A stretch of DNA of 64,000 nucleotides from Blepharisma stoltei ATCC 30299. Lineage: Eukaryota; Protista; Ciliophora. This document shows positions 61,894 through 64,000 of the stretch, one piece after another. Positions within the stretch are counted from its first letter, which is position 1. Each line of letters begins with the position of its first letter. The stretch covers positions 248,001-312,000 of the forward strand of contig CBFDEM010000038.1 in NCBI GenBank assembly GCA_965603825.1, written 5' to 3'. Both the position numbers and the translations under genes were made by a program. The notes beneath the pieces were generated by a model. That model was not told the origin of the DNA. It saw only the letters and a program-made list of their open reading frames with translations, and made no database searches.

Positions 61894-62415
61894 TTAATCT
61901 TCGTTCTTCTTAGTTAATAAAACTGATTTCATTCTCGCAACTTCTTTCCTCTCTCCCCCATCGTTAAAGTTAATCATTGAAGCTACCTTTTTCCAGCTGC
62001 TTCCATGACTTAGCTGTTGCTTCATTTCTCGACTATGCTTTTCTTCTTCCCTATTAAATTCCATCTTTTGTTGAATTCTTTGCCTCCTATCATCATGCCA
62101 TTTCTTGAGCTCTTCTTGGGCTTTTCTTCTCTTTTCATCTTTTCTTGTCCTCTCTTTTTCATCTTTTAAGTACAATTTCCTATTAAAAGCTTGCTGCTCT
62201 ACGTCCCTTTGCCTTTGTCTTTCGTTTTCTTCTTCATCTACTTCACTACTCATAGAGCTCCCAGATGGCTGAGCTGATTCTTCCACAAAGTCAGTGCTTA
62301 AAAATGGGCCAGAAGTTGCTTGAGGTGGCTGCGCTATTTCCCCTGCTGTCGTTGTAGTAGCTGGCATAGAAAAGATATCGTCATTTATAGGAAACGAGTC
62401 CAAAACTTCTGACAT
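61894..62415 (-). CDS. CLC: Clathrin light chain
   Basis: Acidic N-terminus, central helix AQEELKKW, C-terminal SWKKVASMINF..KEVARMKSVLL. Confidence 0.8.
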   Translation of the reverse strand: MSEVLDSFPINDDIFSMPATTTTAGEIAQPPQATSGPFLSTDFVEESAQPSGSSMSSEVDEEENERQRQRDVEQQAFNRKLYLKDEKERTRKDEKRRKAQEELKKWHDDRRQRIQQKMEFNREEEKHSREMKQQLSHGSSWKKVASMINFNDGGERKEVARMKSVLLTKKNED

Positions 62416-62438
62416 ATTTTTATAATGAGCTAGCCTTA

Positions 62439-63497
62439 TTAAGCGATGTTAAGTAAATTCTTGGCATATTTCTTGACTCCAAGCATCCCACAGTCTTCAT
62501 GGTTCACAATAAAGAAAGGACAGCTGTTAATAGCTGCTCTGATATGAGGAGGCTTAGCATATAGAGCCTCTTTGAAAATTTGGCTTCGGGCTATATTTTC
62601 AGCATTTCTAGTAACCAGACCTCCAATTAAATAGAATCCGCCATAAGGCAAGGCTTTAGCGATTGCGTTTCCGCATTCGTATCCGAGCATTTGAAGCCAC
62701 ATTTCTACTGATTTTTGGCATAGCTGGTCTCTTCCTGAAAATCCGTATTCCATGATTAGCTTCATTCTTTCTCCTGGACTGCTTTCAAATAGTCTGTCAA
62801 ATTCTTCATTGATCAATTCAGGAAATTCTCTTCTCATAAATGGGTAAAGGTTATAGGCTCCAACTCCTGCAAGCACCAGCTCTTGGTTTGCTGCTTGGAC
62901 TCCTTCAAATTGTGGGTACTCTTCGCCTTTTTGGCAGGCTCCTCTTACCCTTTCAAGCATATACATAGAGAACTTTCACTGCAGCTCAGTTTTAGGACCG
63001 AAGTCAGAATGTCCTCCTTCAGTGCCCCATGCATCATAATGCCGCCCATTTCACGTTAAAAAGCAAAATCCAAGACCAGTACCAGGTCCAATGACTACGA
63101 CTGGAGAATGCTCAACTGGCCTTACTTCTGGAATTAACTGAATGACTTGATCTGGCTTTAAATCTAAGACTCCGTAGCCAGCTGCTTGGAAATCGTTGAG
63201 AAACACAACTTTTTCAATTCCCACTTCATTAGTAATAGCGTCTGTTGTGCATGGAGGCCAACCAGTATTGACAAAAGTAACACTGTTGCCTTTAATAGGC
63301 CCTGCAATTGCAAAAACTCCAATGCTTGGAGTTGGCTGACCAGCAAGAAAAGCTTTAATTACTGGAATAAACTCTTCAAAGCTGTGAGAACTTATGCTTT
63401 CTAAAGGCTTCAAAACTGTGCATTCTCCATTTTCGAAGGAGAGCAACTCAAAGCGAGAGTTAGTTCCTCCTATATCAGCTACCAAAACAATCGACAT
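62439..63497 (-). CDS. glk: Glucokinase, bacterial Glk type (352 aa)
   Basis: ADIGGTNSRF, AIAGP, LNDFQAAGYG, GPGTGLG, EGGH, GGFYLIGG; two TGA. Confidence 0.9.
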
Positions 63498-63610
63498 TAA
63501 ATTTAATGGCTATTTAATTGAGACAACAATGACAAGAATTTTTAATTAATGTGTATAGAATAATGAAGCATTTTTTAATATAAATCTTTCAATAGTTAAT
63601 ATTCATTTCT

Positions 63611-64000
63611 ATGAAATTTGCGACGAGGCTTATCAATAAATTCAAAGTGAATAACCCAGTTCTCTTAGAAGAGCCTTCAGCACCGCTTATGTCTACTTCA
63701 ATTCCTGGACCAAAAGGAGCCGAACTACTAGCCAAGCAGAGTCAATTTTCTCAAGATTACAGAACAGTAATGAAGAATTAGATCAAATTTTACGTGGATT
63801 ACAACAAGTCTATAGGAAACTACGTTGTAGATGTTGATGGAAATATTATTCTTGACACTTATTGCCACATTGCTTCTCTCCCTCTTGGGTATAATCATCC
63901 AGATATGATTTATGTAATTCATATTTAGAACACCTACTCCGGGGAATACCAAAAATTCTTAGCCCAAAGGCAGTCTGCAGATGTCCCAGATATTCATTGG
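63611..64000 (+). CDS. ABAT: 4-aminobutyrate aminotransferase, mitochondrial, 3' partial
   Basis: EPSAPLMSTSIPGPKG, DYNKSIGNYVVDVDGN..D..HIASLPLGYNHP; introns 63767-63781 and 63914-63928. Confidence 0.88.
63767..63781 (+). other. 15-nt intron
   Basis: gtaatgaagaattag; removes an in-frame TAG. Confidence 0.85.
63914..63928 (+). other. 15-nt intron
   Basis: gtaattcatatttag; removes an in-frame TAG. Confidence 0.85.

Noticed and set aside
4325-62415. Functional cluster of endomembrane genes (FYVE, PX, VAMP7, dymeclin, clathrin light chain)
   Set aside because: The genes are interspersed with unrelated ones and these families are large in ciliates; no evidence beyond chance
1-64000. Germline IESs, transposons, telomeric repeats, CRISPR arrays or prokaryotic operons
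   Set aside because: Long genes are uninterrupted; I saw no transposase, telomeric tract or repeat-spacer array; consistent with somatic macronuclear DNA

Overview
AT-rich, gene-dense eukaryotic DNA that reads as the macronuclear genome of a heterotrich ciliate, most likely Blepharisma (inference). Two sequence-level rules explain the fragmented ORF track. (1) TGA encodes Trp: it falls on invariant Trp positions of PLD, FYVE and MFS motifs, and a TGG/TGA swap occurs between paralogs; only TAA/TAG end genes. (2) Genes carry 15-nt GTA...YAG introns with an invariant A at position 10. Applying both rules gives about 40 protein genes and one tRNA-Gln(UUG). Recognisable products: PX-PH phospholipase D, gamma-glutamyl hydrolase, VAMP7, PRL phosphatase, spinster-like MFS, dymeclin, kinesin heavy chain, ABCA transporter, clathrin light chain, Glk-type glucokinase, GABA aminotransferase (partial), and TPR, FYVE, GAF, PAS, PX and LSD1-finger proteins. 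Most notable: a candidate telomeric Rap1/TERF2IP homologue (BRCT-Myb-partial RCT) hidden by a TGA; a secreted protein of three Cys-patterned domains that looks like a processed polyprotein; a ~2-kb tandem duplication within a three-copy cyclin-fold-like family; and strong gene-to-gene differences in UGA versus UGG use. All family assignments come from motif recognition by eye, not database searches.
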